A stretch of 64,000 nt of DNA from Pecten maximus (GCF_902652985.1 NC_047031.1:26164001-26228000); one strand, 5' to 3'; positions 39,561-52,656 are shown, numbered from the stretch's first letter. Numbers and translations: made by a program. Notes: generated by a model from the letters alone, not told the origin.

Positions 39561-41207
39561 TCCAAGATTAATTTTGTTCTAAAATAATTAGTTTTACCAA
39601 ATACTTGACCTGACTTAATGAAGGGAACATGGGTTTCCTGTGGTTGAGATTTTTCTGCCTGGCTTCTGATAAAGTTGGAGACAATTAGGGACTTTCTGTC
39701 AGAGTTTGAAATGTCCGGGCACCATTATCAGGGCACCATTATCGGACAGCAATTAATCTGTAGTGTTAAGAAATACCAGAAAAAATTCTGAGCATGGAAC
39801 CTATCATTTAGAGTTGGTAGACGTTTGTTTGTAGACTGTGTATGGTAGGCAGACATTATAACACTAATTTCAGTCCTAAGCTAACTCTCTTATCAGTTCC
39901 GATGTTATGTTTCTGTGTTAATTTTGATGAAATTGGCCAAATTGTGGCAAGCAATGACTGTCAATAGAAATGTACAACATGATTTTTACAAGCCAGCTGA
40001 TATTGACGGGATCATAAGAGATATACTTGTCAGAGAACGACCAGACATCTGTTTATGTTATCTGTGTATTTAAATACTGTGGATCTGTATTGGTATACAG
40101 CATCATTCTAACACGACTATTTACCTGTGTGCCTGTAGTAGTATTACAGAGAAGTCGGGGACATGCTCAGTTTATTACCAGGCGTTGGATGCATTGCCTG
40201 TGTCTAGTTATCAAATGATTAATTTATCTCGCCACGAAGCATGCACGGTGATGTGGTTCACATGGTACGGAGGCTGGAGACGGGCTTCGCCTGCGAGATC
40301 ACACGCTGGTGACCATGTCAACCCTCCTGGGGCTGCAGTCACTTGGTGCAAACATAGCCCCTCCTAGCGGTCTCATTATGAGAAGGAAATATATCGAAAA
40401 ATCATCACTTAATAAAGCAGACTGGATATATTTACATTTCCACTCGATGGCATTATACACACACTACCAGAATCGGTGTTCATTGAGATATTAAATACAA
40501 TCAGATCTGAGTCATTTGAATGCTTCTACCATTTTGTATAATTGTCCGACTACAAAAAAAACATTTCTGCTTCATGATGCTATTCTTAGAATATTGTTGA
40601 CCTCAAGCAATTCATTAATGCAAATAGTATTTGGTTCAAAAGATTGAAAATTATATTTGATATTTTTTTTAGGTTTTTAATTTTTTAATAATCCATTGAT
40701 ATTGCATGTAAAATTTAAATTCAAATGTAAATTCTAAAACTTTCATTAAAGAAATATTGGCATTGTACTTGTATTTAATGAGACAAATATGGAACATGTT
40801 GATAGATTTGTTCTAAATTGATTGATGCTTGGATAAATAATGTGATTGGGTATCTGATGTAAACTTGTTAAGTATGTTTGCTTTTAATTGAATATCAACA
40901 ATACAGATGATTAGGCCTTAATTATATATACATAGTAACACCTACTAGGATTGGTTGATTACATCCTGAATGATTGCAACAGCTAATTTGATTGGATACT
41001 CTGATATAAAAAACACTCCATACATTCAATATGATTGGTGGACTAATTATTACCGGAATTATAGTAACAACTAATTTGATTGGCTACTCAGCTAAAAACC
41101 ATACAATTGGTCAGGATGCCTTTATCTTTTACGCAATTATCTGATTGATTTTCGTACAAGCTGATTATTGATGGACTCTCTAGAGCAGGGAATTTCCTCC
41201 TTTACAA

Positions 41208-41220
41208 TGCCACCTGGTGG
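41208..41220 (-). promoter_or_regulatory. CTCF-like motif
   Basis: The minus strand reads CCACCAGGTGGCA, matching the CTCF core. Confidence 0.4.
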
Positions 41221-41571
41221 GCTTTTTTGTATTTACTGATGATTATGAGGCTGGGTCAAGGTTGTCATATTCACTCAAGTCTCAATGACAAAAAAATCTA
41301 ATTAAAAATCCATCAGATTGGACCTATAGATTGAAGCCTTGCTGTAATTGTTGGTGAAGAAGCAGATAGAATTGTAGCCGATGTCTGTAATGGAATAAAT
41401 ACCTTATAGAGACAACGGGATCATCTTCTGGTTTTAGTAGATTCCGGCTATTTTTGTTCTAGGGTGATAAGTGGTCAGAAAAACGTGGATTGGTGACATT
41501 TCAGATTTAACTGTGAGTCAGTTAAGGTCATACACAGTGTATCTAGTCGAATTTATAGAGACTTAAATATA

Positions 41572-44500
41572 GACAGGGTTTGTAATACAGGTGTCCAGTT
41601 TATACAGACTTAGACAGGGTTTATAATACAGGTGTCCAGTTTATACAGACTTAGACAGGATTTATAATACAGGTGTCCAGTTTATACAGACTTAGACAGG
41701 GTTTATAATACAGGTGTCCAGTTTATACAGACTTAGACAGGGTTTGTAATACAGGTGTCCAGTTTATACAGACTTAGACAGGCTTTATAATACAGGTGTC
41801 TAGTTTATACAGACTTAGACAGGGTTTATAATACAGGTGTCCAGTTTATACAGATTTAGACAGGGTTTATAATACAGGTGTCCAGTTTATACAGACTTAG
41901 ACAGGATTTATAATACAGGTGTCCAGTTTATACAGACTTAGACGGGGTTTATAATACAGGTGTCCAGTTTATACAGACTTAGACAGGGTTTATAATACAG
42001 GTGTCCAGTTTATACAGACTTAGACAGGATTTATAATACAGGTGTCCAGTTTATACAGACTTAGACGGGGTTTATAATACAGGTGTCTAGTTTATACAGA
42101 CTTAGACAGGGTTTATAATACAGGTGTCTAGTTTATACAGGGTTTATAATACAGGTGTCTAGTTTATACAGACTTAGACAGGGTTTATAATACAGGTGTC
42201 CAGTTTATACAGGGTTTATAATACAGGTGTCCAGTTTATACAGACTTAGACAGGGTTTATACTACAGGTGTCTAGTTTATACAGGGTTTATAATACAGGT
42301 GTCCAGTTTATACAGACTTAGACAGGGTTTATAATACAGGTGTCCAGTTTATACAGACCTAGACAGGGTTTATAATACAGGTGTCTAGTTTATACAGACT
42401 TAGACAGGGTTTATAATACAGGTGTCCAGTTTATACAGACCTAGACAGGGTTTATAATACAGGTGTCCAGTTTATACAGACTTAGACAGGGTTTATAATA
42501 CAGGTGTCCAGTTTATACAGACTTAGACAGGGTTTATAATACAGGTGTCCAGTTTATACAGACGACTTAGACAGGGTTTATAATACAGGTGTCTAGTTTA
42601 TACAGACGACTTAGACAGGGTTTATAATACAGGTGTCTAGTTTATACAGACTTAGACAGGGTTTATAATACAGGTGTCCAGTTTATACAGACTTAGACAG
42701 GGTTTATAATACAGGTGTCCAGTTTATACAGGGTTTATAATACAGGTGTCCAGTTTATACAGACTTAGACAGGGTTTATAATACAGGTGTCCAGTTTATA
42801 CAGACTTAGACAGGGTTTATAATACAGGTGTCCAGTTTATACAGACTTAGACAGGGTTTATAATACAGGTGTCCAGTTTATACAGACTTAGACAGGGTTT
42901 ATAATACAGGTGTCTAGTTTATACCGACTTAGACAGGGTTTATAATACAGGTGTCTAGTTTATACAGACCTAGACAGGGTTTATAATACAGGTGTCCAGT
43001 TTATACAGACTTAGACAGGGTTTATAATACAGGTGTCCAGTATATACAGACTTAGACAGGGTTTATAATACAGGTGTCCAGTTTATACAGACTTAGACAG
43101 GGTTTATAATACAGGTGTCCAGTTTATACAGACCTAGACAGGGTTTATAATACAGGTGTCCAGTTTAGACAGGATTTATAATACAGGTGTCCAGTTTATA
43201 CAGACTTAGACAGGGTTTATAATACAGGTGTCCAGTTTATACAGGGTTTATAATACAGGTGTCCAGTTTATACAGACTTAGACAGGGTTTATAATACAGG
43301 TGTCTAGTTTATACAGACTTAGACAGGGTTTATAATACAGGTGTCCAGTTTATACAGACTTAGACAGGGTTTATAATACAGGTGTCCAGTTTATACAGAT
43401 TTAGACAGGGTTTATAATACAGGTGTCCAGTTTATACAGACTTAGACAGGGTTTATAATACAGGTGTCCAGTTTATACAGACTTAGACAGGGTTTATAAT
43501 ACAGGTGTCCAGTTTATACAGGGTTTATAATACAGGTGTCCAGTTTATACAGGGTTTATAATACAGGTGTCCAGTTTATATAGACTTAGACAGGGTTTAT
43601 AATACAGGTGTCCAGTTTATACAGACTTAGACAGGGTTTATAATACAGGTGTCCAGTTTATACAGACTTAGACAGGGTTTATAATACAGGTGTCCAGTTT
43701 ATATAGACTTAGACAGTGTTTATAATACAGGTGTCCAGTTTATACAGACTTAGACAGGATTTATAATACAGGTGTCCAGTTTATACAGACTTAGACAGGG
43801 TTTATAATACAGGTGTCCAGTTTATACAGACTTAGACAGGGTTTATAATACAGGTGTCCAGTTTATACAGATTTAGACAGGGTTTATAATACAGGTGTCC
43901 AGTTTATACAGACTTAGACAGGGTTTATAATACAGGTGTCCAGTTTATACAGACTTAGACAGGATTTATAATACAGGTGTCCAGTTTATACAGACTTAGA
44001 CAGGGTTTATAATACAGGTGTCCAGTTTATACAGACTTAGACAGGGTTTATAATACAGGTGTCCAGTTTATATAGACTTAGACAGTGTTTATAATACAGG
44101 TGTCCAGTTTATACAGACTTAGACAGGGTTTATAATACAGGTGTCCAGTTTATACAGACTTAGACGGGGTTTATAATACAGGTGTCCAGTTTATACAGAC
44201 TTAGACAGGGTTTATACTACAGGTGTCCAGTTTATACAGACTTAGACGGGGTTTATAATACAGGTGTCCAGTTTATACAGACTTAGACAGGGTTTATACT
44301 ACAGGTGTCCAGTTTATACAGACTTAGACGGGGTTTATAATACAGGTGTCCAGTTTATACAGACTTAGACAGGATTTATAATACAGGTGTCCAGTTTATA
44401 CAGACTAAGACAGGGTTTATAATACAGGTGTCTAGTTTATACAGACTTAGACAGGGTTTATAATACAGGTGTCCAGTTTATACAGACTTAGACAGGGTTT

Positions 44501-47018
44501 ATAATACAGGTGTCCAGTTTATACAGACATAGACAGGGTTTATAATACAGGTGTCCAGTTTATATAGACTTAGACAGGGTTTATAATACAGGTGTCCAGT
44601 TTATACAGACTTAGACAGGGTTTGTAATACAGGTGTCCAGTTTATACAGACTTAGACAGGGTTTATAATACAGGTGTCCAGTTTATACAGACTTAGACAG
44701 GGTTTATAATACAGGTGTCCAGTTTATACAGGGTTTATAATACAGGTGTCCAGTTTATACAGACTTAGACAGGGTTTATAATACAGGTGTCCAGTTTATA
44801 CAGACTTAGACAGGGTTTATAATACAGGTGTCCAGTTTATACAGACTTAGACGGGGTTTATAATACAGGTGTCCAGTTTATACAGACGACTTAGACAGTG
44901 TTTATAATACAGGTGTCCAGTTTATACAGACTTAGACAGGGTTTATAATACAGGTGTCCAGTTTATACAGACTTAGACAGGGTTTATAATACAGGTGTCC
45001 AGTTTATACAGACTTAGACAGGGTTTATAATACAGGTGTCCAGTTTATACAGACTTAGACGGGGTTTATAATACAGGTGTCCAGTTTATACAGACTTAGA
45101 CAGGGTTTATACTACAGGTGTCCAGTTTATACAGACTTAGACGGGGTTTATAATACAGGTGTCCAGTTTATACAGACTTAGACAGGGTTTATAATACAGG
45201 TGTCCAGTTTATACAGGATTTATAATACAGGTGTCTAGTTTATACAGACTTAGACAGTATTTATAATACAGGTGTCCAGTTTATACAGACTTAGACAGGG
45301 TTTATAATACAGGTGTCCAGTTTATACAGACTTAGACAGGGTTTGTAATACAGGTGTCTAGTTTATACAGACTTAGACAGGATTTATAATACAGGTGTCC
45401 AGTTTATACAGGGTTTATAATACAGGTGTCCAGTTTATACAGGGTTTATAATACAGGTGTCCAGTTTATACAGACTTGGACAGGGTTTATAATACAGGTG
45501 TCCAGTTTATACAGGGTTTATAATACAGGTGTCCAGTTTATACAGACTTAGACAGGATTTATAATACAGGTGTCTAGTTTATACAGACTTAGACAGGGTT
45601 TATAATACAGGTGTCCAGTTTATACAGACAGACAGGATTTATAATACAGGTGTCCAGTTTATACAGACAGACAGGATTTATAATACAGGTGTCCAGTTTA
45701 TACAGACTTAGACAGGGTTTATAATACAGGTGTCCAGTTTATACAGACTTAAACAGGATTTATAATACAGGTGTCCAGTTTATACAGGGTTTATAATACA
45801 GGTGTCCAGTTTATACAGACTTAGACAGGGTTTATAATACAGGTGTCCAGTTTATACAGACTTAGACAGGATTTATAATACAGGTGTCTAGTTTATACAG
45901 ACTTAGACAGGGTTTATAATACAGGTGTCCAGTTTATACAGACTTAGACAGGGTTTATAATACAGGTGTCCAGTTTATACAGACTTAGACAGGATTTATA
46001 ATACAGGTGTCCAGTTTATACAGGGTTTATAATACAGGTGTCCAGTTTATACAGACTTAGACAGGATTTATAATACAGGTGTCCAGTTTATACAGACTTA
46101 GACAGGGTTTATAATACAGGTGTCCAGTTTATACAGACTTAGACAGGATTTATAATACAGGTGTCCAGTTTATACAGACTTAGACAGGATTTATAATACA
46201 GGTGTCCAGTTTATACAGACTTAGACAGGGTTTATAATACAGGTGTCCAGTTTATACAGACTTAGACGGGGTTTATAATACAGGTGTCCAGTTTATACAG
46301 ACTTAGACAGGGTTTATAATACAGGTGTCCAGTTTATACAGGGTTTATAATACAGGTGTCTAGTTTATACAGACTAAGACAGGGTTTATAATACAGGTGT
46401 CCAGTTTATACAGGATTTATAATACAGGTGTCCAGTTTATACAGACTTAGACGGGGTTTATAATACAGGTGTCCAGTTTATACAGACTTAGACAGGGTTT
46501 ATAATACAGGTGTCCAGTTTATACAGGGTTTATAATACAGGTGTCTAGTTTATACAGACTAAGACAGGGTTTATAATACAGGTGTCCAGTTTATACAGAC
46601 TTAGACAGGGTTTATAATACAGGTGTCCAGTTTATACAGACTTAGACAGGATTTATAATACAGGTGTCCAGTTTATACAGACTTAGACAGGATTTATAAT
46701 ACAGGTGTCCAGTTTATACAGGGTTTATAATACAGGTGTCTAGTTTATACAGACTAAGACAGGGTTTATAATACAGGTGTCCAGTTTATACAGATTTAGA
46801 CAGGGTTTATAATACAGGTGTCCAGTTTATACAGACTTAGACAGGGTTTATAATACAGGTGTCCAGTTTATACAGACTTAGACAGGATTTATAATACAGG
46901 TGTCCAGTTTATACAGACTTAGACAGGGTTTGTAATACAGGTGTCCAGTTTATACAGACTTAGACAGGGTTTATAATACAGGTGTCCAGTTTATACAGAC
47001 TTAAACAGGATTTATAAT
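41572..47018. repeat. Large minisatellite, 41-bp unit with 31-bp deletion variants (~5.4 kb)
   Basis: The unit is ACAGGTGTCCAGTTTATACAGACTTAGACAGGGTTTATAAT, roughly 135 units. Short units lack a 10-bp segment between the two ACAG copies. Confidence 0.98.
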
Positions 47019-48085
47019 GATATTCAGATCATCCCAAGGTTATGTACCTTTTAAAATGGTTTTTACTCTAAGTATTTGAAGTATTATTGTCAAAGCCAAA
47101 AAATTTAAATTTTAAATTTATCCTGTGAAACATATGTATTGATCAGACACAGGCAATGCAGTTGTGTTACAAAAGCTAAGGGAACATTTTCTGGAGTTTA
47201 AGTGAATTTAAAAAACGTAAAAACCAAATAGTTTGTGTTTAAAGCATTGTATATAGCTGTGCGGAATATTCTAAAGTATGAAAAGTATGTAATGTTATGG
47301 GGACGGAAAATAACTACCACATACACGTAAATCTATGACGATCCCGTGTAACATTTACATGTCAAAACTGTACAGCATGGAATTAGCTTTTATTTGCATG
47401 TCAAAATACTGCAATGCTAAAACAAAATACCAACATACCGTGAAGCACAAAGGTCTCAAAGTTCCCAAACATCAAATAAAAGCACATTCAAAACCTGGAA
47501 AAGACTGCTAGACAGCCCGGTTCTATAGACTTTTATATATGCAAGTCTTTTTAGAATGTATTTGTTTTTTTGTTTCCTGTCAGAAGACTGAAATAATTCC
47601 CCAGAAAATACTGTTGCATGTTGAGACATATAAGGAATATCCAGGCATCTGTTTTTATATGGACCCACAGTCTTATTAGTAAAATATATATCTTGTTCTT
47701 TTTTTATGCATCATTTATTCTTGTGTAAATATCCAGAAAGTAAACATAATATTATGATATGTTTGAAAAAGAATAGATTAGATATCTCAAAAGATCAAAT
47801 ATATATACCCAGGTCTGGTTCCAGACACAAAGGTCTGGCGATCTTTCATTGGGCCTTCGTGTTTGTTTGTAGCCGAGTGAGGGATATGTAACTCTAAAAA
47901 AAAAATCTGAAAGCTTGTTAAGCTGAGGATCTGCACTCAATGTATATCATGGTTTTTCTTTGAATTGAGAGGTTTTTGAGGAGAATTGGGCTATTTGTGT
48001 CTGTAGTCTATCATGATACACGAACCTGACGTTTCCAAGTTGATTAATATTGTATTCTTTGATCTTCTTCAGTCATAGTTTCATA

Positions 48086-48304
48086 TAGGCGAGTAAAAAT
48101 ACCTAGAGAGCCGTTCTTTATATCAAAATAGGCAAGTAAAAATTCCTAGAGTGAAGTTCTTTATATCAAAATAGGAGAGTAAAAATACCTAGAGAGCGGT
48201 TCTTTATATAAAAATAGGCGAGTAAAAATTCCTAGAGAGAGAGGTTCTTTATATCAAAATAGGCGAGAAACATTCCCAGAGAGCGGTTTTTTGTATATCA
48301 AAAT
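48086..48304. repeat. ~43-bp tandem repeat (5 copies)
   Basis: The unit is ATAGGCGAGTAAAAAT(A/T)CCTAGAGAGCGGTTCTTTATATCAAA. Confidence 0.9.
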
Positions 48305-48603
48305 ATTCTAGGAAAAATTTCAAAGCTAAATGACATCTTTGTTTAGTCTTTGAAGTAATTGGGATTTTTATAGAGGTTAAATTGCTACATTTCATGAAAT
48401 TGTATTTTACATATAATTTTTGACCCCATTAGAAAGAATCATGAAATATAAATCTCTCTTGATACAGAGTTAATTAGTAAGGAATTTAACTGGTGTGTGT
48501 GAAATATAGAGAAATTTGTTCTATTTGAACAAAACGTTTATATTTGTCCCACAAAATGTTACCAAGTAGAGTTCAATCAGAAACTGTGTATGTAATGTTA
48601 TTG

Positions 48604-48643
48604 TGACTAATGTTGTTTTCTCTTTTTGTCTTTTTAGGTAAGT
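48604..48643 (+). promoter_or_regulatory. Candidate recursive splice site 2 (zero-length exon, AG|GTAAGT at 48637/48638)
   Basis: The sequence is tGACTAATgttgttttctctttttgtctttttAG|GTAAGT. It has a near-consensus branchpoint, a long pyrimidine tract and a TAG acceptor abutting a perfect GTAAGT donor. Confidence 0.7.
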
Positions 48644-48773
48644 GAACTTAAATGCCATGATGGGACTCGCTGATTGGTACTGTACAATGGCTGTCTTAAA
48701 TGTGGTACAGAGAAAGTTTACTCTGGGCTGGAAATGACCTGACACAATGGAGGTTGACATAGAACCAATAACA

Positions 48774-49369
48774 ATGGATACTGATACAAAGTACTAGGTC
48801 ACTGCTGTCGGTTACCATGGATATTGGTATAAAGTAGGTCACTGTTGTCAGTTGCCATGGATATTGGTACAAAGTAGGTCACTGCTGTTGGTTACCATGG
48901 ATATTGGTACAAAGTAGGTCACTGTTGTCAGTTACCATGGATATTGGTACAAACTAGGTCACTACTGTCGGTTACCATGGATATTGGTACAAAGTAGGTC
49001 ACTGTTGTCGGTTACCATGGATATTGGTACAAAGTAGATACTGCTGTCAGTTACCATGGATATTGGTACTAAGTAGGTCATCACTGTTGGTTATCATATA
49101 TATTTGTACAAATAAGGTCACTGCTGCCAGTTTTTATGGATATTGGTACAAAGAAGGTCATCACCATTGGTTGTCATAGATATTTGTACAAAGAAGATAA
49201 CTTTTTATTGTCACTTGCCATTGATATTGGTACAAAATAGGTCACTGCTGTCGGTTACCATGGATATTGGTACAAAGTAGGTCACTACTGTCAGTTACCA
49301 TGGATATTGGTACAAAGTAGGTCACTGCTGTCAGTTACCATGGATTTTGGTACAAAATAGGTCACTGCT
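48774..49369. repeat. Minisatellite, 40-bp unit, immediately downstream of candidate recursive site 2
   Basis: The unit is AAAGTAGGTCACTG(C/T)TGTC(A/G)GTTACCATGGATATTGGTAC, about 15 copies. Confidence 0.95.
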
Positions 49370-50479
49370 ATTGAGAACTCTTAAGTCCTGTTAGATTTTA
49401 AGTCAATTTTTTTTTTATATTAAACCACTGTAACTTTGGAAAATTACCGTGTAGAATTGATTCCCAAAGAACCTTGACATCCACATAACAACACTAAATT
49501 ATTGATACTCCATGGTGATGTGGTACATTATAAACCTCTTATACATTACTACTGAACTCGACAGACAATAGACCTGTGGTCGAGATCATATCACTGTGAT
49601 AGACATCTTCATTTTTTATGGGTATCAATTTTTGAACTCCAACTGTCCATTGTGAGGTATACAATAAGAGAAATATTGTGATAAAGATTTGCTTTGGCAG
49701 ACAATGGGAACTTATATCAAAGAAACCTATAAAACAATTCTACTACAAAGAAAGTGAGACTGGATTATCAAAACCTCGTGGGAACTCTTTTGTTTTGAAG
49801 TTCAAAAAGTATCTGACAGATAGGCACAATATATGAACATCAGATTGGTTTAGAGTCGTATAAACGTTCTCGTATGTTAGTTAATCATAATGAAACTGAA
49901 CAGAATTTTTATTTAGTTGCGTAACTTATCTCTAGTTAGTTTGAATATGTATGTAATATGTTATGCTGTGTATCTATTATAATGACACTCCATCTCAGTT
50001 CTAGTAAACAAGAACAAAATAGCGGTATTCTGTATACCTATCTGTTTCAGAACAATTTCAAACATGCTATATATTTAGTTTAAAATCCTTTAGGCTTGCA
50101 GTCATTAGCTGTATAAGTAGATATGTAATTGTTACCAGCGATGTTCTGTACAACAAATCAACAATATTTATATCGTAGACACATATGTAAGCATACAAAA
50201 TCTACTGTTGCCTAGTTACGGAACCAGACAACACTAGAGAGTTCTGATAAAATGCTTCATTAGCTAAATTCAGTGAACTAGTACATACTATTTCAATATA
50301 ACCAGCAAGATGGGAGTAGAAAGTGAAATGTTGTCTTCGTGCAAAAATCATTTTGTCATACTTGGCATCTAAAAGGCATTCATTTGAATACATTGTTTAG
50401 ATACTGATGAATGATATTAGTGATCGTTTGGTTAGAAATGGATAATTATAGATGTTATTTATGTATTGCATTTGCCTTA

Positions 50480-50775
50480 GTCATGTCCCTGCCATGAAAT
50501 AGGGAAGGGGGCCCCATGTAGTGCTACCCATGTCCTGTCCCGTCACATCTGATTAGGGGTGACCTTGACCTTGAGGTGAAGCTAGGAGGCTTAAATTTAG
50601 GTAGATGTTAGGGGTGACCTTGACCTTCAGGTGAAGCTAGGAGGCTACAATGTAGGTAGGTGTTAAGGGTTACCTTGACTTTGGGGTGAAGTGCGGAGGC
50701 TACAAAATAGGTAGATTTTATGAGTGACCTTGACCTTTGAATGGGGATGTATAAAGTATGATATATGCTACAGTT
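50480..50775 (+). mobile_element. Possible Helentron-associated non-autonomous element (HINE-like) with internal ~55-bp tandem repeats
   Basis: A C-rich/G-rich inverted head (ATGTCCCTGCC...AGGGAAGGGGG) is followed by a short GTCC-type microsatellite. Then come ~3.5 copies of a 55-bp unit containing GTGACCTTGACCTT (50554-50737) and a GGGGATGTAT tail. The family assignment is inference only. Confidence 0.35.
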
Positions 50776-51511
50776 TATGTTTTGCTAAACACTACCTGTA
50801 TTCATATCAACATCAGCACAGATTGCATTTCCCTTAATTCATATCCTTGGAATATTCCATAATATACCTGGTTATTGAATCGGAAGCAACCATTGCATAA
50901 TATAGGGATGCCAACTTGTTAATGAATGATAATGACACTAAGTGGTGAAGAATTGGATCCATTGACGAAAAAGCAAGAGTGGAAAATGACTGTATAATGG
51001 GTGTACCTTGTTAAACATTAGTAATCTTCACTTAGCTACATTAGAAATAACGATGACGTATCGGAACTACTTCAGCTGAGTTTAGTGTTTATTTTAGAGT
51101 TTTTTCGCTGCAGGTTATATCATGGAGTATTTAGATTTTAGGTGTCTATGTGTTTAACGGTCTAAATTAAAGGTTTCTTATTGATTGAAGGCCATCTACC
51201 AACTGTTGTTTCTCTTCAGGAGAGTTCTCAATATGAGTGAAGAGCTCTTCTTAATTGAAAACCACATAAAAGGATTGCGTAATCCTCCATACTGTTTACC
51301 ATGGGAGAGCTTTTATAATACAAGCCGTTAATGTAAATAGTTCAGTTATCAGAAATAGACACTTGTATAATTCTAACAGCTAAGATAATTTGTAAATATA
51401 ATGATGATAATTTGTAATTAGTTGTTAAATATAAGTGTACGGAAATAAGTCGGGAATTATTGTATTTTTTACTGATATGGTTTGTTTCTATGACACTAAA
51501 TGTCCTTCCAT

Positions 51512-51985
51512 CAGCCAGGGTCAGATGAGGACAGGTGTCAAGGAGACACCAACAGCTAGGGTCAGATGAGGACAGGTGTCAAGGAGACACCAACAGCTAG
51601 GGTCAGATGAGGACAGGTGTCAAGGAGACACCAACAGCTAGGGTCAGATGAGGACAGGTGTCAAGGAGACACCAACAGCTAGGGTCAGATGAGGACAGGT
51701 GTCAAGGAGACACCAACAGCTCGAGCCATATGAGGATAAATGTGTAGGGGGACACAGCTACATGGGGTCATATGAGGAGGGGTGTCTAGGGGACACAAAC
51801 AGCCAGGGACATACGAGGAGGGGTGTCTAGGGGACACAAACAGCCAGGGACATATGAGGAGGGGTGTCTAGGGGACACAAACAGCCAGGGACATATGAGG
51901 AGGGGTGTCTAGGGGACACAAACAGCCAGGGACATACGAGGAGGGATGTCTTGGGAGACACCAACAACTGGGGTCTTATGACAAC
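51512..51985. repeat. Bipartite 41-bp minisatellite (two related unit types)
   Basis: 51512-51720 has the unit CAGCTAGGGTCAGATGAGGACAGGTGTCAAGGAGACACCAA. About 51760-51950 has CAGCCAGGGACATA(T/C)GAGGAGGGGTGTCTAGGGGACACAAA. Confidence 0.95.
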
Positions 51986-52656
51986 TAGTTTCAAGGGGAA
52001 AGAAAAGCAAAACAAAACAAGAAAAAGAGCAGATAGGACAGATACAGAAGGTCAAAGTATGGTAGTGGGAACAGCTCACATTAGATATGCTAATTTTAGC
52101 AGCATTCTTATTTTACCCCAAATTTACGATTCTCCTAATTATAGCTTTCATTAATTTTTTTTAAGCAAATGTTGTGGGTATGCTAATTCACCAATGCTTC
52201 AATCTGTTAAATTGTGATTGCTTACTATACAAACCAACTGACCATGGCAAAACCTGCATTTACTGGTCAAGTGGTCAAATGTCATATGCCAAGCCAATAG
52301 AACTCCATGAGGTCAAAATTGGTCAACCGAGGTCAAGTCTGGTCAAGTGAGTAATATCTTAATGGCCAAGTGACAACTATCCTTAATAGTCAGACAATGA
52401 TACCTCCCTAGTAGTCGTATAATGATGCCTCCCTAATGGGACCCATGTGACACTTGTGTCTCAATCCAATGGTACAGTGATTTCTGATCACATGCCTTAC
52501 ATGTATCCTAGAGAAACGAAGGAAAACCTATAATTATAGTCACTGGGACATAGACAAGCATAGAGAGGAGTTTATAATGAAACATATGTTCAGTTAATTA
52601 GGAAAGTAGGATTTAGGTTTTATAAATCGAAATGTCATATTTAGGCATTCTGATTT

